Part shown: positions 36,676 to 46,064 of the stretch, piece after piece | How the letters are laid out: every line of letters starts with the position of its first letter | Numbering within the stretch: position 1 is the stretch's first letter | IMG/VR virus record: IMGVR_UViG_3300037155_000078 | Coordinates: 1-51,707 of that record | Source of the DNA: a virus | Lineage: Duplodnaviria > Caudoviricetes | DNA length: 51,707 nucleotides | Direction: 5' to 3' (one strand) | The notes under the pieces: generated by a model | Told to the model about the DNA's origin: nothing | What the model saw: the letters and a program-made list of their open reading frames with translations, nothing else | The model's database searches: none | Program-made: the position numbers and the translations under genes

Positions 36676-37439
36676 TTACCCTCCGAGTGCTTTCGTGAGC
36701 CTATTCAACGCACGCACGATGTGGCGCTGCCGGTATTCGCTCGGAGTCGTGAATTCGTCGAGCCCGTACCGATTCAGCGTTTCGGCGAAACCCTCGCCGG
36801 ATGCCCAATCTAGGACGGAACTGACGATGGTTCCGGCGGTGCGGAAGTCTCGGTTTTCGTCGACTGCACCAAGGAATCTGCGAATTCCGTAGGCGCTAAG
36901 GATGTAATCGAGCCCTTCAAGACTGACGCGAGGGCGCTGTTCTTCATGCCCCGCTTTTCGCGGCGAGCCATCCACGATCCGCAGGTAAAAAAAACGATGG
37001 ACGACTCCGCCTCCTTCCAGTCCTCGGCGTCGATGACGTTACGCGAGAGCGCGATGTCGACGGGGACGGTATCATAGCCCTGCGCTGATGGGGCGAGGAT
37101 CATCGTAAGCCGTTTGATCTCTAAGAGAACGGGCGTCGCCGGATCGCCTGCGATCTCGACCCCATTTTCGATTGCGTCCGCTCGTGCGGCGTCGCGCAAT
37201 GCGAGCGTACCGATGATCGGGCCTGACTCGGCTGCGAAGCCGATACCCTTTGAAAAGAGCGTCATATTGGCGGCGGCGATCGCGCGGTAGTTCGCTTCGA
37301 ATACCTCGCGGCCGAGCGGGGTGTGATACGCCCAAATGAGCGGCTGCAAGACAGCATCATCGCTGCCGTTCTTCGAGACGCTTGTCCAGCGAATCGGAAA
37401 CACCAGCTTCAGATCGGCGGAGATCCTGTTGAGTTCCAT
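36676..37439 (-). CDS. Tail assembly chaperone pair (36810..37439 plus -1 frameshift product to 36676)
   Basis: Between tube and tape measure; T8 run at 36987-36994 joins ORF 36676..36975 in the -1 frame. Confidence 0.75.
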
Positions 37440-37454
37440 GCGCTATACGGTCCT

Positions 37455-37937
37455 TTAGACCGTCGGTGCGCCGGCCGGCCCTGTCAGTGCTGCCCAGAGG
37501 TTCGCGTTGATGTAGAACGTGCCTTTTATCGTCACTTTCACGGCCGGATCCATGCCGTCGAAAGCTCCTGGGTCGATCTCCGTAATCGAGGCGTTCGTCA
37601 ACGAGATCGGCGGAAAGACGTTCGAATCGGGGTAAGCGACAACCGTTCCGAGATATGTTCCCGCCTGTACCTGCGCGATCCACAGACTCGCGAGGATCTG
37701 CGAGCGCAAGAGGCTCACGACGATGTGTCCCATCACGAAGGGCTTGGGCGAATTGACGATGCCGGTCGCCGTCTCTATCTGGTCGGTAAACGGCCCCTCG
37801 AATGTGGCGACGGCGAGTGATTTGCCCATGTACCCGGCGTTCGCACTCAGGCCCGGATAACTCGCGACGACGATGTGCGTTGCGACGCGGTTCAGGTTGC
37901 CTTGCGTGACGGTCGGATTGAAACCGAGGAAGCTCAT
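37455..37937 (-). CDS. Tail tube protein
   Basis: NP.VTQGNLNR; 160 aa after sheath. Confidence 0.8.
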   Translation of the reverse strand: MSFLGFNPTVTQGNLNRVATHIVVASYPGLSANAGYMGKSLAVATFEGPFTDQIETATGIVNSPKPFVMGHIVVSLLRSQILASLWIAQVQAGTYLGTVVAYPDSNVFPPISLTNASITEIDPGAFDGMDPAVKVTIKGTFYINANLWAALTGPAGAPTV

Positions 37938-37950
37938 CTCTTAACCGCCC

Positions 37951-39042
37951 TTATGCGAACGTCGTCGCGTTGAGGTAAAACACGATGCTCTCGAAACCAA
38001 GCTGCGGTGTTGCGACGCAGGAGAATCCGCCGTAGATGCCCGCCGCGTAGTTGGCCGGGTTCGCCGCCGTATACGTTATGAACGGAATGGCGGTGAACGT
38101 CACGGCCAGCAGGAGGCCAAGCGATACGCCGGTCGTCCCGAGGTTGTGCAGAACCGCGAGCAGTTGGTTGATGCCAAACTGATTGTAGAGCAGCGGCGGA
38201 TTCGAATTCGACCCGTTGATGATAGTATTTGCCAGGCGCAAGTCTGCGTTGATCAATATCCAATCGACGGCGTACCAGAACATCGCCTGGTTTCCATCGG
38301 CCGTCGTACCGTTGCGCAGCGTCGCGGTGGAGATGCCGCCTTCGGCCCCGGTGATGATGAGGTTGCCGTACGCCGAGAGGATCGTGTTGATCGTGGCCGC
38401 GTTTCCGCTGAGCACCCAGGGCGTCACGCCGTAGACGAATCGGAAATTCATCGGAGCTGCGGGAGCGGCGAGCGACGGGTTGTTCGCGAGCCACTGATAG
38501 AACAGCGCCGCAGCTTGGAATTCGCCCACGGCGGCCGTCGGGCTCGGGACCGTAGCGAAGATCGATTTCGCGAGATACGCGGCGATGTTCGTGCTCGAGG
38601 CCGTAACGAAAAAGTACGTCTTGCTCGTCGGGCTCGCATAGTTCGCGGCCATCGTCTGCACGCCGGCCGAGTTCGCCGTATCCCACGCCGCCGGCACGAG
38701 ATATGCGTAAAAAACGTTCGGGTTGGCGGTGACCCAGGTACCCAGCAGCGTGATCTGCGTCGGGACGCTCGCTTGAATGCCAAGTTCGAGAACGTACACG
38801 CCGACCGAACTGCCCTGCGCGAAGAAGGTCGTCGCCATCGTTGTGAGTTCGGCGAAGTTGCCGGTGGCGCTCAGAATTGCCGTAACGGCTGCGGCGTTAC
38901 CGCAATAGAGATAGGTGCCGGTCGTCAGGGTCGTGCCGCCGTACGAAACGAGCGCACCGCTCTGTTGAAGAGTCGACGGCGCCGGCGCGGTCGTAACGGT
39001 CGCGTTGATGTCTACGATCTGGGGCGTGATGGTGACCGGCAT
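37951..39042 (-). CDS. Tail sheath protein (DUF3383-like)
   Basis: GAEGGIS, WYAVDW, PLLYNQFGINQL. Confidence 0.85.
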   Translation of the reverse strand: MPVTITPQIVDINATVTTAPAPSTLQQSGALVSYGGTTLTTGTYLYCGNAAAVTAILSATGNFAELTTMATTFFAQGSSVGVYVLELGIQASVPTQITLLGTWVTANPNVFYAYLVPAAWDTANSAGVQTMAANYASPTSKTYFFVTASSTNIAAYLAKSIFATVPSPTAAVGEFQAAALFYQWLANNPSLAAPAAPMNFRFVYGVTPWVLSGNAATINTILSAYGNLIITGAEGGISTATLRNGTTADGNQAMFWYAVDWILINADLRLANTIINGSNSNPPLLYNQFGINQLLAVLHNLGTTGVSLGLLLAVTFTAIPFITYTAANPANYAAGIYGGFSCVATPQLGFESIVFYLNATTFA

Positions 39043-39080
39043 ACGTTACGCTCCGTTCGGCAAGGTAGAAAAGCGCCCTG

Positions 39081-39374
39081 TCACGAGAACGCGACGCTAA
39101 CGACTTGGCCCGTGCCTACGATGTAGGTGATCCCGGTAGAGCAGGGCCAATTCAGTTCGATCGGACTCGTCGCCGTCGTGGGGATATTCGCGACGAGGGT
39201 CGCGGCCGTGTTTCCGGTCGACGTCGAATTGTTATCGTAGATCGCGCCGGCGGCGCTGCCCGCGGTCACGACGTTGACCGTCACGATCGTCCCGGGCGTG
39301 CCTTTGATGACCTTCGACGCTGCGACGTTGAGCGCCGTGGAATTACCGCCGAGGGTCGGACCTAATCCAGCCAC
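39081..39374 (-). CDS. Small beta-sandwich virion protein
   Basis: VIKGTPG.I.TVNV, GAIYD, GITY..GTGQVVSVAF. Confidence 0.7.
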   Translation of the reverse strand: MAGLGPTLGGNSTALNVAASKVIKGTPGTIVTVNVVTAGSAAGAIYDNNSTSTGNTAATLVANIPTTATSPIELNWPCSTGITYIVGTGQVVSVAFS

Positions 39375-39377
39375 GGT

Positions 39378-39968
39378 TTAGCTCGACCCCGCGCCCACTT
39401 CTTCCCAAACGAAATTGCCGAAGAACGACGACGCGGTTCCGGCCGCAGACGATGTGAAAACGCAGTACGCGCCCGGCGTCAAGATGATCCCGCCGGCGAT
39501 GTCGCTTTCGCCCTGGAGGCTGCCCAGGCCAGTCGTCGGTGTGACGGTATCGACGCTGCCGAGCACGCGCGCGAGATACGGTGCGACCGGGAGCGTGACG
39601 CTCGCCGACGAGTACAGTTTTCCCTGCGCGGTTGCGGCCGAGCCAACGTTGTTCGAAGCCGAGGCGACCGCGGTTAGGGTTCCGGTGAGCGCCGTGCCGC
39701 TCTGCGCAACGCCGAGGCCGATGACGGCGACGTTGGTTTGCGGCAAAACGAACCTGAAACTCGCGCGTAGGATCGAGAGGTTGACCGTGCTCGCGACCGG
39801 GTTGTAGAGCACTAGGCCGCCCGTATAGGCCGTGGGCAGTCCGGCTGCAAGCGCCGTTGCGACGACGGCTTGATTCCCGGCGGAAAAGAGCCGGGCCGAA
39901 GATGCGGGCGTATAGAGCAGCCCGTGGTTCATAACGCCGTAGTAGCCGAGCGCGTTCTGGATCGCCAT
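39378..39968 (-). CDS. Putative accessory virion protein
   Basis: A/G/S/T-rich; LYNPVAS; ends FVWEEV. Confidence 0.7.
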   Translation of the reverse strand: MAIQNALGYYGVMNHGLLYTPASSARLFSAGNQAVVATALAAGLPTAYTGGLVLYNPVASTVNLSILRASFRFVLPQTNVAVIGLGVAQSGTALTGTLTAVASASNNVGSAATAQGKLYSSASVTLPVAPYLARVLGSVDTVTPTTGLGSLQGESDIAGGIILTPGAYCVFTSSAAGTASSFFGNFVWEEVGAGSS

Positions 39969-40061
39969 CAGGTTCCTCCAACAACAACAAGTGGACCGAT
40001 GAGGTGGGTTCGTTCGGCAAGCGAGCCGGGCGACCTGTTCGGCGGGCTAAGTTGGCGGCGG

Positions 40062-41225
40062 TCAGCTCGCGTCGAGCGTGGGCGAAATCGGCGTTTCGAT
40101 CCCGATCGTCGACAAGATTTGACCCGAGGCGGAGACCGTTGGCGAGATGGGAAGGCCCACGAACAGGGACTCGTTTGGCGGGTCAATGACCTTGACCGCG
40201 CCGAGGACGAACTGCGGAGCCTGCGCGATGGCTGCAGTGCCCGTCATCGTCTCGCTGTCGTAGGCCGTAATGGTCTGAGCGGCTTGGACAACGGCGGCTG
40301 GGCCGATCACCGGAACGAGCCCCGACGCCGCCACGACCTGAACGTCCTGTGCGATGGCGCCGATCGCTTGGACGGCGAACAGCGCTTTCACGCTCGCCGT
40401 CAGCGGTACCGTGTGGGATAAGGCGACCCTGACGAGCGCCTGGATTTTCGCGCCGAGGACCGTCGTCGCCGAACGGCTCACGATCGCGAGCGCCTTCGCC
40501 GAGGCGAGGATGCTCAAGGCGCGCGAACTCGAGGCCGAGACGAACGCCTTCACCTTCGCCGTCAATGACGTCGACGCCAAGAGCGGCGCGTTCACTCGGA
40601 CCTTGATCGTGCCCGAGATGGGCGTCGTCGCGCGCTGCGCAGCGAGCTCGAGGACGCCCATCTTCGCCGTCTGCGCCGTCGTCGCGCGTTGCGCCACATT
40701 CGCCCGGGCCGCGATCTTGGCCGCAAGCGCGGTCGTTGCTACCTGCTTCGATGGTACGACCACGAGGATCTTCGCCGCGAACGCAATCGTTTTGGAGAGC
40801 GCCGCAATCGCGAGCGCGACAACCTTAGCCGAGAGCGGAGTCGTTTTGGATTGCGCTGCCGAGACGAGGACGCTGACCTTCGCCGTCTGCGCTGTCGTCG
40901 CGCTCCACTTGACCTTCGCAAGTAGGCCGAGCACCGCCGAGATCGGCGTACTCTTAGAGACGGTCGCTGTGGCGAGCGCGAGCAGCTTGGGTGTCGCCGT
41001 CGACGTCGCTTTCGCCGACGCCGACACTTGAACGACCAGCTTCGGCGTCGCCGTCGTCGTCGCTGAAAGTTTCCCGCTCGCAAGAGCCTTCTCGAGTGCG
41101 GTGATCGCCGTCGTCGCGGAAGCCGACAGCGTTACAATATTGGTATAGCTATGGACGCTTGCAAGGAACCTGCCCGGCATCGCACCTTTACCGGGGCCTT
41201 TGCCGGGATGAAACCGGACCGGCAT
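40062..41225 (-). CDS. Ala/Thr/Ser-rich repeat protein (putative fibre or scaffold)
   Basis: Many ~20-aa repeats such as AQRATTAQTAKMGVLELA and AQRATTPISGTIKVRV. Confidence 0.75.
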   Translation of the reverse strand: MPVRFHPGKGPGKGAMPGRFLASVHSYTNIVTLSASATTAITALEKALASGKLSATTTATPKLVVQVSASAKATSTATPKLLALATATVSKSTPISAVLGLLAKVKWSATTAQTAKVSVLVSAAQSKTTPLSAKVVALAIAALSKTIAFAAKILVVVPSKQVATTALAAKIAARANVAQRATTAQTAKMGVLELAAQRATTPISGTIKVRVNAPLLASTSLTAKVKAFVSASSSRALSILASAKALAIVSRSATTVLGAKIQALVRVALSHTVPLTASVKALFAVQAIGAIAQDVQVVAASGLVPVIGPAAVVQAAQTITAYDSETMTGTAAIAQAPQFVLGAVKVIDPPNESLFVGLPISPTVSASGQILSTIGIETPISPTLDAS

Positions 41226-41236
41226 CTTTTAGCCGC

Positions 41237-41773
41237 CTAGTTCATCGACTCTAAAGTATATTCGTTGCAGACAAGCGTTTGACCGGTCAGCGAAAAGTTT
41301 GCGCGAAGATCGATCAACTGCGAGGCGGTCGAGTCGAAGCCGGTGCCGACTACGGGAGCAGACGTCGGCATCATAAACGTGGTTACTGCGCCGGCGGCGC
41401 CGAAGATGCCAGAGACGATCCTGCCGACTCCCATGAGCGTTGTGGCCGTACCAGAACCGAGCGTTCGAGCCGTGAGCATGATCTCGATCTCGAACGTGAG
41501 ATTTGTCAAAGTCGTGACGACGGTGTACGCGGAGCTCGTAAAAACCTTGACGGCGCCAAAATACACGGTGATCGTCAGCGTGCCGGCCGCCGTGGTCGTT
41601 ATCTTTCCCCACGCTTCGATGCGAAAAACCTTACCGATCTTCTCGATGAAGTTGCCGGGCAGCAAGAATACCGCGGGCGTCGGGAGCATCGACGTATCGG
41701 CGCCGTTGGTCGTAACATTCGGGCCATCCGCTTGTCCGGAGACGAGCGTCTCGACCCATCCTAGCGCAGACAT
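41237..41773 (-). CDS. Putative accessory virion protein
   Basis: Beta-rich; VGTGFDST. Confidence 0.7.
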   Translation of the reverse strand: MSALGWVETLVSGQADGPNVTTNGADTSMLPTPAVFLLPGNFIEKIGKVFRIEAWGKITTTAAGTLTITVYFGAVKVFTSSAYTVVTTLTNLTFEIEIMLTARTLGSGTATTLMGVGRIVSGIFGAAGAVTTFMMPTSAPVVGTGFDSTASQLIDLRANFSLTGQTLVCNEYTLESMN

Positions 41774-41776
41774 AGG

Positions 41777-42181
41777 CTACCCCGCCACGATACTTTGGGT
41801 CAGCTGAATCCCAAACGTCGGGGCGAGGTTGATCGCCGAAAAGACGCAATGGAAGAACATGTTCCCGGCCGACACGGCATCGAACAGGCCGCCTTCCGTG
41901 ACCGCGATCGTGTTCGCCGAGAGTGTGGGGTTCGTCCAAGTCGCGACCGCTTGCATCGTATCGTTCGCAACGGTCGTCGTCTGCTGTGTATTCGTCGTCG
42001 AGGCGCGCGCATAGGTGCCCGAGCCGCCAAGCGAGGCCGTCGTTACCTCGGTCCCGAGTGCCGTGTCGGCGTTGAGCGGTGTCGTCGTGGCGATCCCGAC
42101 CCCAAGCCAAAGCGAATCGGCCTGAAGATCCCCGGATATCGTGCTGCGGGCGAAGTTTGTGACGACCTGACCGTTTGCCAT
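41777..42181 (-). CDS. Tail-collar / fibre-like protein
   Basis: DTALGTE, VTEGGLFDA..GNMF, FSAINL. Confidence 0.72.
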   Translation of the reverse strand: MANGQVVTNFARSTISGDLQADSLWLGVGIATTTPLNADTALGTEVTTASLGGSGTYARASTTNTQQTTTVANDTMQAVATWTNPTLSANTIAVTEGGLFDAVSAGNMFFHCVFSAINLAPTFGIQLTQSIVAG

Positions 42182-42184
42182 TGC

Positions 42185-42397
42185 TTACGACCTCGTGATG
42201 GGGAAGCGGCGGTTATGGGCCGCGGTGTTGAACTCGAGACGCGTTCGCTCGAACCAATCGCGCAGACGATGAATGAGCTCGTTGCGGTGCCAGCGGCCGG
42301 AGTCGAGCCTATGCCCGATCACGCGGCGGTCGCCCGCTGGGCCGATGACTGCAATAGTGAGAACCGAGCCGACTTTACTCTTGCCTGATGCGTGCAT
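42185..42397 (-). CDS. Small hypothetical protein
   Basis: TAATG-coupled ATG 42397. Confidence 0.55.
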   Translation of the reverse strand: MHASGKSKVGSVLTIAVIGPAGDRRVIGHRLDSGRWHRNELIHRLRDWFERTRLEFNTAAHNRRFPITRS

Positions 42398-42804
42398 TAC
42401 GTCTCCGTCACAGTGTACGTTAAGCTCGAGCACGAGACCGTCGCTCCGGTGACGATCGAGGTCGTGTTGAGATTCAAGCCGGCGCCGCTCGTGCCGACCT
42501 GAATGTCCATGACGACAGTCGTGGCGTCGCTTTTGAAGATGCGCGCGAAGGTTGCGGTTCCGGTCGCAACTCCGGTTCCCGAGGTGATCGGGTTCGCAGT
42601 GATGATCCCACCCGCGGTGGCCGCTCCGAACGCCGTCGCGCCGAAGGTCATGGTCGCGAGCAGCGTGTTCCCCGAAAGCGCCGCGTTGGCGTTCACCGGC
42701 TGCGTCCCCGAGTAGAGAAGGATCGTGCCCGAATTCATCAGCGGCGCGAGCGCGTTGGCTTCGGCGGCGGCGGCGACGTCGGATAGGAACGCTATGTTAC
42801 TAAT
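42397..42804 (-). CDS. Accessory virion protein
   Basis: LYSGTQP.NA, TGTATFARI, LNTTSIVTG; probable ATT start 42804 (first ATG 42738). Confidence 0.75.
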   Translation of the reverse strand: MSNIAFLSDVAAAAEANALAPLMNSGTILLYSGTQPVNANAALSGNTLLATMTFGATAFGAATAGGIITANPITSGTGVATGTATFARIFKSDATTVVMDIQVGTSGAGLNLNTTSIVTGATVSCSSLTYTVTET

Positions 42805-42816
42805 GACGCTGTTTCC

Positions 42817-43146
42817 TTACAGGAGTGGAAAGACATAAATCTCGGTCTGCGGTGCGGTGTACTTTTGGGCCTGGAGCGTCGGAACCTGTAATTGGAGCTG
42901 CCACGCGCCGCCTTGCAAAAAGTCCGTTCCCGTCGTGACGTATATTCCGTACCCGCCGGTCACGATCGGGTAGGTGGTTCCGCCGATGACGCCGCCATTA
43001 GATATCGAGACAGGGGTGAGTATCAGGGCCTTTCCCGTCTTCCCCGGTTTCCCAGGGGCCGCCCGAAGCGTCACTGTCGTCAAGCCGGTCATGTTGTAGC
43101 CGCCTGAACCGCAGACGATCGCGACGCCTATATCGCCCGCAGTCAC
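42817..43146 (-). CDS. BppU-N-like Ig-fold virion protein
   Basis: GDIG, YVTTGTDF..GAWQLQ. Confidence 0.6.
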   Translation of the reverse strand: MTAGDIGVAIVCGSGGYNMTGLTTVTLRAAPGKPGKTGKALILTPVSISNGGVIGGTTYPIVTGGYGIYVTTGTDFLQGGAWQLQLQVPTLQAQKYTAPQTEIYVFPLL

Positions 43147-44186
43147 TCGAGGACCATTCCGATCGCGTTCACGACCTGACCATCCTGCACAAGCGCGGCC
43201 TGTCCCTCTGGCGCCACGCCGCCCGGCTCCGTGATGCTCGAGACAAACGCGGACAGGATAAGCCTACGCGCCATCGCATCCGCCGCGCTTTGATAGTAGT
43301 TCGCCGAAACGTGGATCGTCTTTTTCTGCGCGAGCGCCGCGATCTCGACCTGCACGCGCTTGGCGTCTTGGATCGCCGGCGAATTCGCAAACCCGAAATT
43401 CGCGGTCGTGAGCGAAGCGTCGATCAGGCTCCAGAGATACTGAATCGCCTGCTGGTTTGTGAATCCGTAAAGTATGAGGTCGACCTCGTCACGCATGAGC
43501 TGCGAGGACGCGAGCTCGTGCATGGGCGACGCGCCTGAATTCGGAACGGTGCGGCCCGGCCAGGTGAGGATCGGGGCGGCCGCAAGCGCCTGCGTGCCGG
43601 CGGGATCGATGTGCGCGACGATGTACGGCGGCGCGATGTTGTCGGGCACGAGAAACGAGGGGTACACGGGCGCCATCGCGTTAAGCGCGAGCCAGATCGG
43701 CAGAGAATTTGAGACGAGCGGCCCTTGCGGCAGGTCGTCAGCCGAGTCGACGATCTGAACACTGAGCGCCGGATAGACGGCGAAGCCGACGTAATGAAAC
43801 AGGTCGGCTTCTTTGAAAAAACTCGTCTGCGATGCGAAGGCGACCTGAAGGTTCTGCGTCGGCGAAAGCGGCCAGGATCCGATCCACATCGTGCCCGGCG
43901 CGATCGCATTGAATTCGGTGACCGGCGTCTCGGCAGTAAATAGCACCTGATTGGTTGCAATCGTCTCATCTTCTGATTGCTGGCGATCGGTCGCATAGTG
44001 CAGCGCGCCACTGACGTTCATCGTTTGGGGTGAGGCCACCCAAAAAACGAAGCCGTCTTGCGAAAAGACGAACTTGTTGTAGAGCCGAAACTCGACGTTC
44101 TGCTGAACAGAGAGTTGCTCGACGCCAGCGTCGAGCGCGGATTTTAGCTGGCTCTGCTCGCCGAGCGCTTCAGTAGCGGTGGGCAT
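43143..44186 (-). CDS. Head closure / tail completion protein
   Basis: DGFVFWV, GALHY, SNSLPIWL, YPSFLVPDN.APPY. Confidence 0.75.
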   Translation of the reverse strand: MPTATEALGEQSQLKSALDAGVEQLSVQQNVEFRLYNKFVFSQDGFVFWVASPQTMNVSGALHYATDRQQSEDETIATNQVLFTAETPVTEFNAIAPGTMWIGSWPLSPTQNLQVAFASQTSFFKEADLFHYVGFAVYPALSVQIVDSADDLPQGPLVSNSLPIWLALNAMAPVYPSFLVPDNIAPPYIVAHIDPAGTQALAAAPILTWPGRTVPNSGASPMHELASSQLMRDEVDLILYGFTNQQAIQYLWSLIDASLTTANFGFANSPAIQDAKRVQVEIAALAQKKTIHVSANYYQSAADAMARRLILSAFVSSITEPGGVAPEGQAALVQDGQVVNAIGMVLE

Positions 44187-44747
44187 TTAGATCAGTACCG
44201 CTCCGGATTGTGAGCGAGCGAGATAGCCGGCGGCGGTTGCTCCCGATTGCACGGAAGCGAACCTGTTTGCCGCACTCGTGTCGCCGCTGGGGGCGACGGT
44301 CGTCCACGCGCGGAACGAGATTCTATAGAGGCCCGTGTCGATGAACGCGGGCCGCGCTTTGTTCGCCTGCGCGTACGGATGCTTCTTCCGATGAGAGACG
44401 CCGGCTTCCGCCGCGGCTGACAGTCCGACGCCGGTGAACGCTTTTTGAAGCCGCGACATTTCGTTCGCATCCAGGAAGCTGCGGAACATCGCTTCGATCT
44501 TCTGGTCCGCCCCGTAGGTGAGGCTGCTGCGCTTGTCGATTGCTGGGCCGCCGTTCACGAGGCGCTGAATCGACGCGGCCATATCGTTCGCGAGGAACCC
44601 GGCGATCTTCTCACGCCGTAGCTCGAAAAAAGTCGCCATTATGTGGTAACGATCCTCGAGCAACTCCGCGACATCTCCGGTCGTCTTTGCCACCGAACTG
44701 CTTGCGTCGGAATATGCGACGTCGACCACGCCGAGCGAGAGGATCAT
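44187..44747 (-). CDS. Neck / tail completion protein
   Basis: LGVVDVAY, TTGDVAELLE.RY, RPAFIDTGLY. Confidence 0.78.
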   Translation of the reverse strand: MILSLGVVDVAYSDASSSVAKTTGDVAELLEDRYHIMATFFELRREKIAGFLANDMAASIQRLVNGGPAIDKRSSLTYGADQKIEAMFRSFLDANEMSRLQKAFTGVGLSAAAEAGVSHRKKHPYAQANKARPAFIDTGLYRISFRAWTTVAPSGDTSAANRFASVQSGATAAGYLARSQSGAVLI

Positions 44748-44908
44748 GCCGGTGCGTTCGGCGTCGCGGGCTTATAGACCATCCACTCGGTGCCGCAGTT
44801 CTCGCATCGGAACATAACGAGGAGGTTGCCGATCACGCGGTCGACGCGCCAAGGCCCGGGGCAAGGCGCCGGCAGAACGTGGGCGCTCTTCTCGACCCGG
44901 GACGCCAC
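44744..44908 (-). CDS. 54-aa Zn-ribbon-like protein (not in the ORF track)
   Basis: GTG GCG TCC...FRCENCGTEW; ATGA coupling to 44747. Confidence 0.45.
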   Translation of the reverse strand: MASRVEKSAHVLPAPCPGPWRVDRVIGNLLVMFRCENCGTEWMVYKPATPNAPA

Positions 44909-44912
44909 CCGA

Positions 44913-45434
44913 TCAGCTCAGGCCGACGATCGTCGGACCGTACGATTGCTGCCAGGAAAGATATTCGCGCCCCCAGGGCGTCTTGTAGTAGCCGAGCTGG
45001 CTCACGGTGAGGCCCTTGGCCCACTTCGGCTCCGCGAGCCCGGCGCTCGTACCCTGGTCGGAACTCGAGACGACCAGGCCCGTCGACGGCGCGTTCAGCC
45101 CGAAGCCGGGCGGATCACTGCTGCTGTTATTGCCCCGAGCGTTCTTGAAGTACGTCTGCCCGTCTTGGTCCGGCGTGATCACAAACAGGAGATGCGTCGC
45201 GCAGTTGTAGCAGGCGAGCGAATACATGACGCCCGGATACCCCGCGCCAGGCGGAAACGTGACGCCAGGAAACATCGCACCGGACGGGTTGAGCACGAGC
45301 GCGATCGCCTGGTTGAGCGCGTACCCGGGATAGGGCGAATTGGCTGGCAGCGCCGCGACCGGGATCTGAACCGTGTCAGCCAGGAAGGTAAGAAAATCCG
45401 CGAGGTTCGGCGTCGTCGGGTTGACGAACGGCAT
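44913..45434 (-). CDS. Head-tail adaptor (DUF4054-like)
   Basis: YNCATH.L, SSSDQGTS, KTPWGREYL. Confidence 0.8.
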   Translation of the reverse strand: MPFVNPTTPNLADFLTFLADTVQIPVAALPANSPYPGYALNQAIALVLNPSGAMFPGVTFPPGAGYPGVMYSLACYNCATHLLFVITPDQDGQTYFKNARGNNSSSDPPGFGLNAPSTGLVVSSSDQGTSAGLAEPKWAKGLTVSQLGYYKTPWGREYLSWQQSYGPTIVGLS

Positions 45435-45440
45435 CGGAAG

Positions 45441-45956
45441 CTAGTTCTTGTCCTCGGTGCGAATACGGCCCGCGCGCCGCGATGGCTTCGAACTGACGAT
45501 CACTTCCGCATTGACCCCGTTTTTTACCGGGCCCCGATCAGTCGTTTCGACCACTTCCACGGATGTCTCGACCACGTTCGCGCCTTGCGCGCGTTCTTGA
45601 GCGACCTTGAAAGCGGCCAATCCGGCCTCTTCCATCTTTACCCCGGAGACTTCTTGACGCGCCTGCTCGTCGCGCTCCAGCCCCTCTTCGAGCCGGTCGG
45701 AGGTGATCGGAGTCGGTGAGACGTTGTAAACGAGCGCCTTCGGTAGAGCGATAGCGCCAATGTCACTCGCCGGTACGGCTCCGAGTTGTTCGAGTTGGGT
45801 GATGACGGATTGAAGATCGCTCCCGGAGAGATTGTCGGGGAGCAGCTCTTGCCCGCCAGCGGCAATTTTTACGACTCGCGCCGTCTTGTGCTGCGGAAGG
45901 CGATAGTGCAGTTCGCGATGCTGCTGAGTTGGATTTCCAACGAATACTTGACTCAT
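45441..45956 (-). CDS. Conserved head-module protein
   Basis: After capsid gene; AGGAG RBS. Confidence 0.7.
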   Translation of the reverse strand: MSQVFVGNPTQQHRELHYRLPQHKTARVVKIAAGGQELLPDNLSGSDLQSVITQLEQLGAVPASDIGAIALPKALVYNVSPTPITSDRLEEGLERDEQARQEVSGVKMEEAGLAAFKVAQERAQGANVVETSVEVVETTDRGPVKNGVNAEVIVSSKPSRRAGRIRTEDKN

Positions 45957-46011
45957 GGTGTGCGGCTCCTCGGATGCGGACTGATTGCGTTAGCCTACAC
46001 CTTCGGGTAAC

Positions 46012-46040
46012 GAAGAAGCCGCCCTTTCGGACGGCCCTTC
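46012..46040 (-). terminator. Terminator-like hairpin after major capsid gene
   Basis: GGGCCGTCC-GAAA-GGGCGGCTTCTTC on the minus strand. Confidence 0.65.
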
Positions 46041-46064
46041 GGATCGGCCTCCCCAGCAAGTCGG

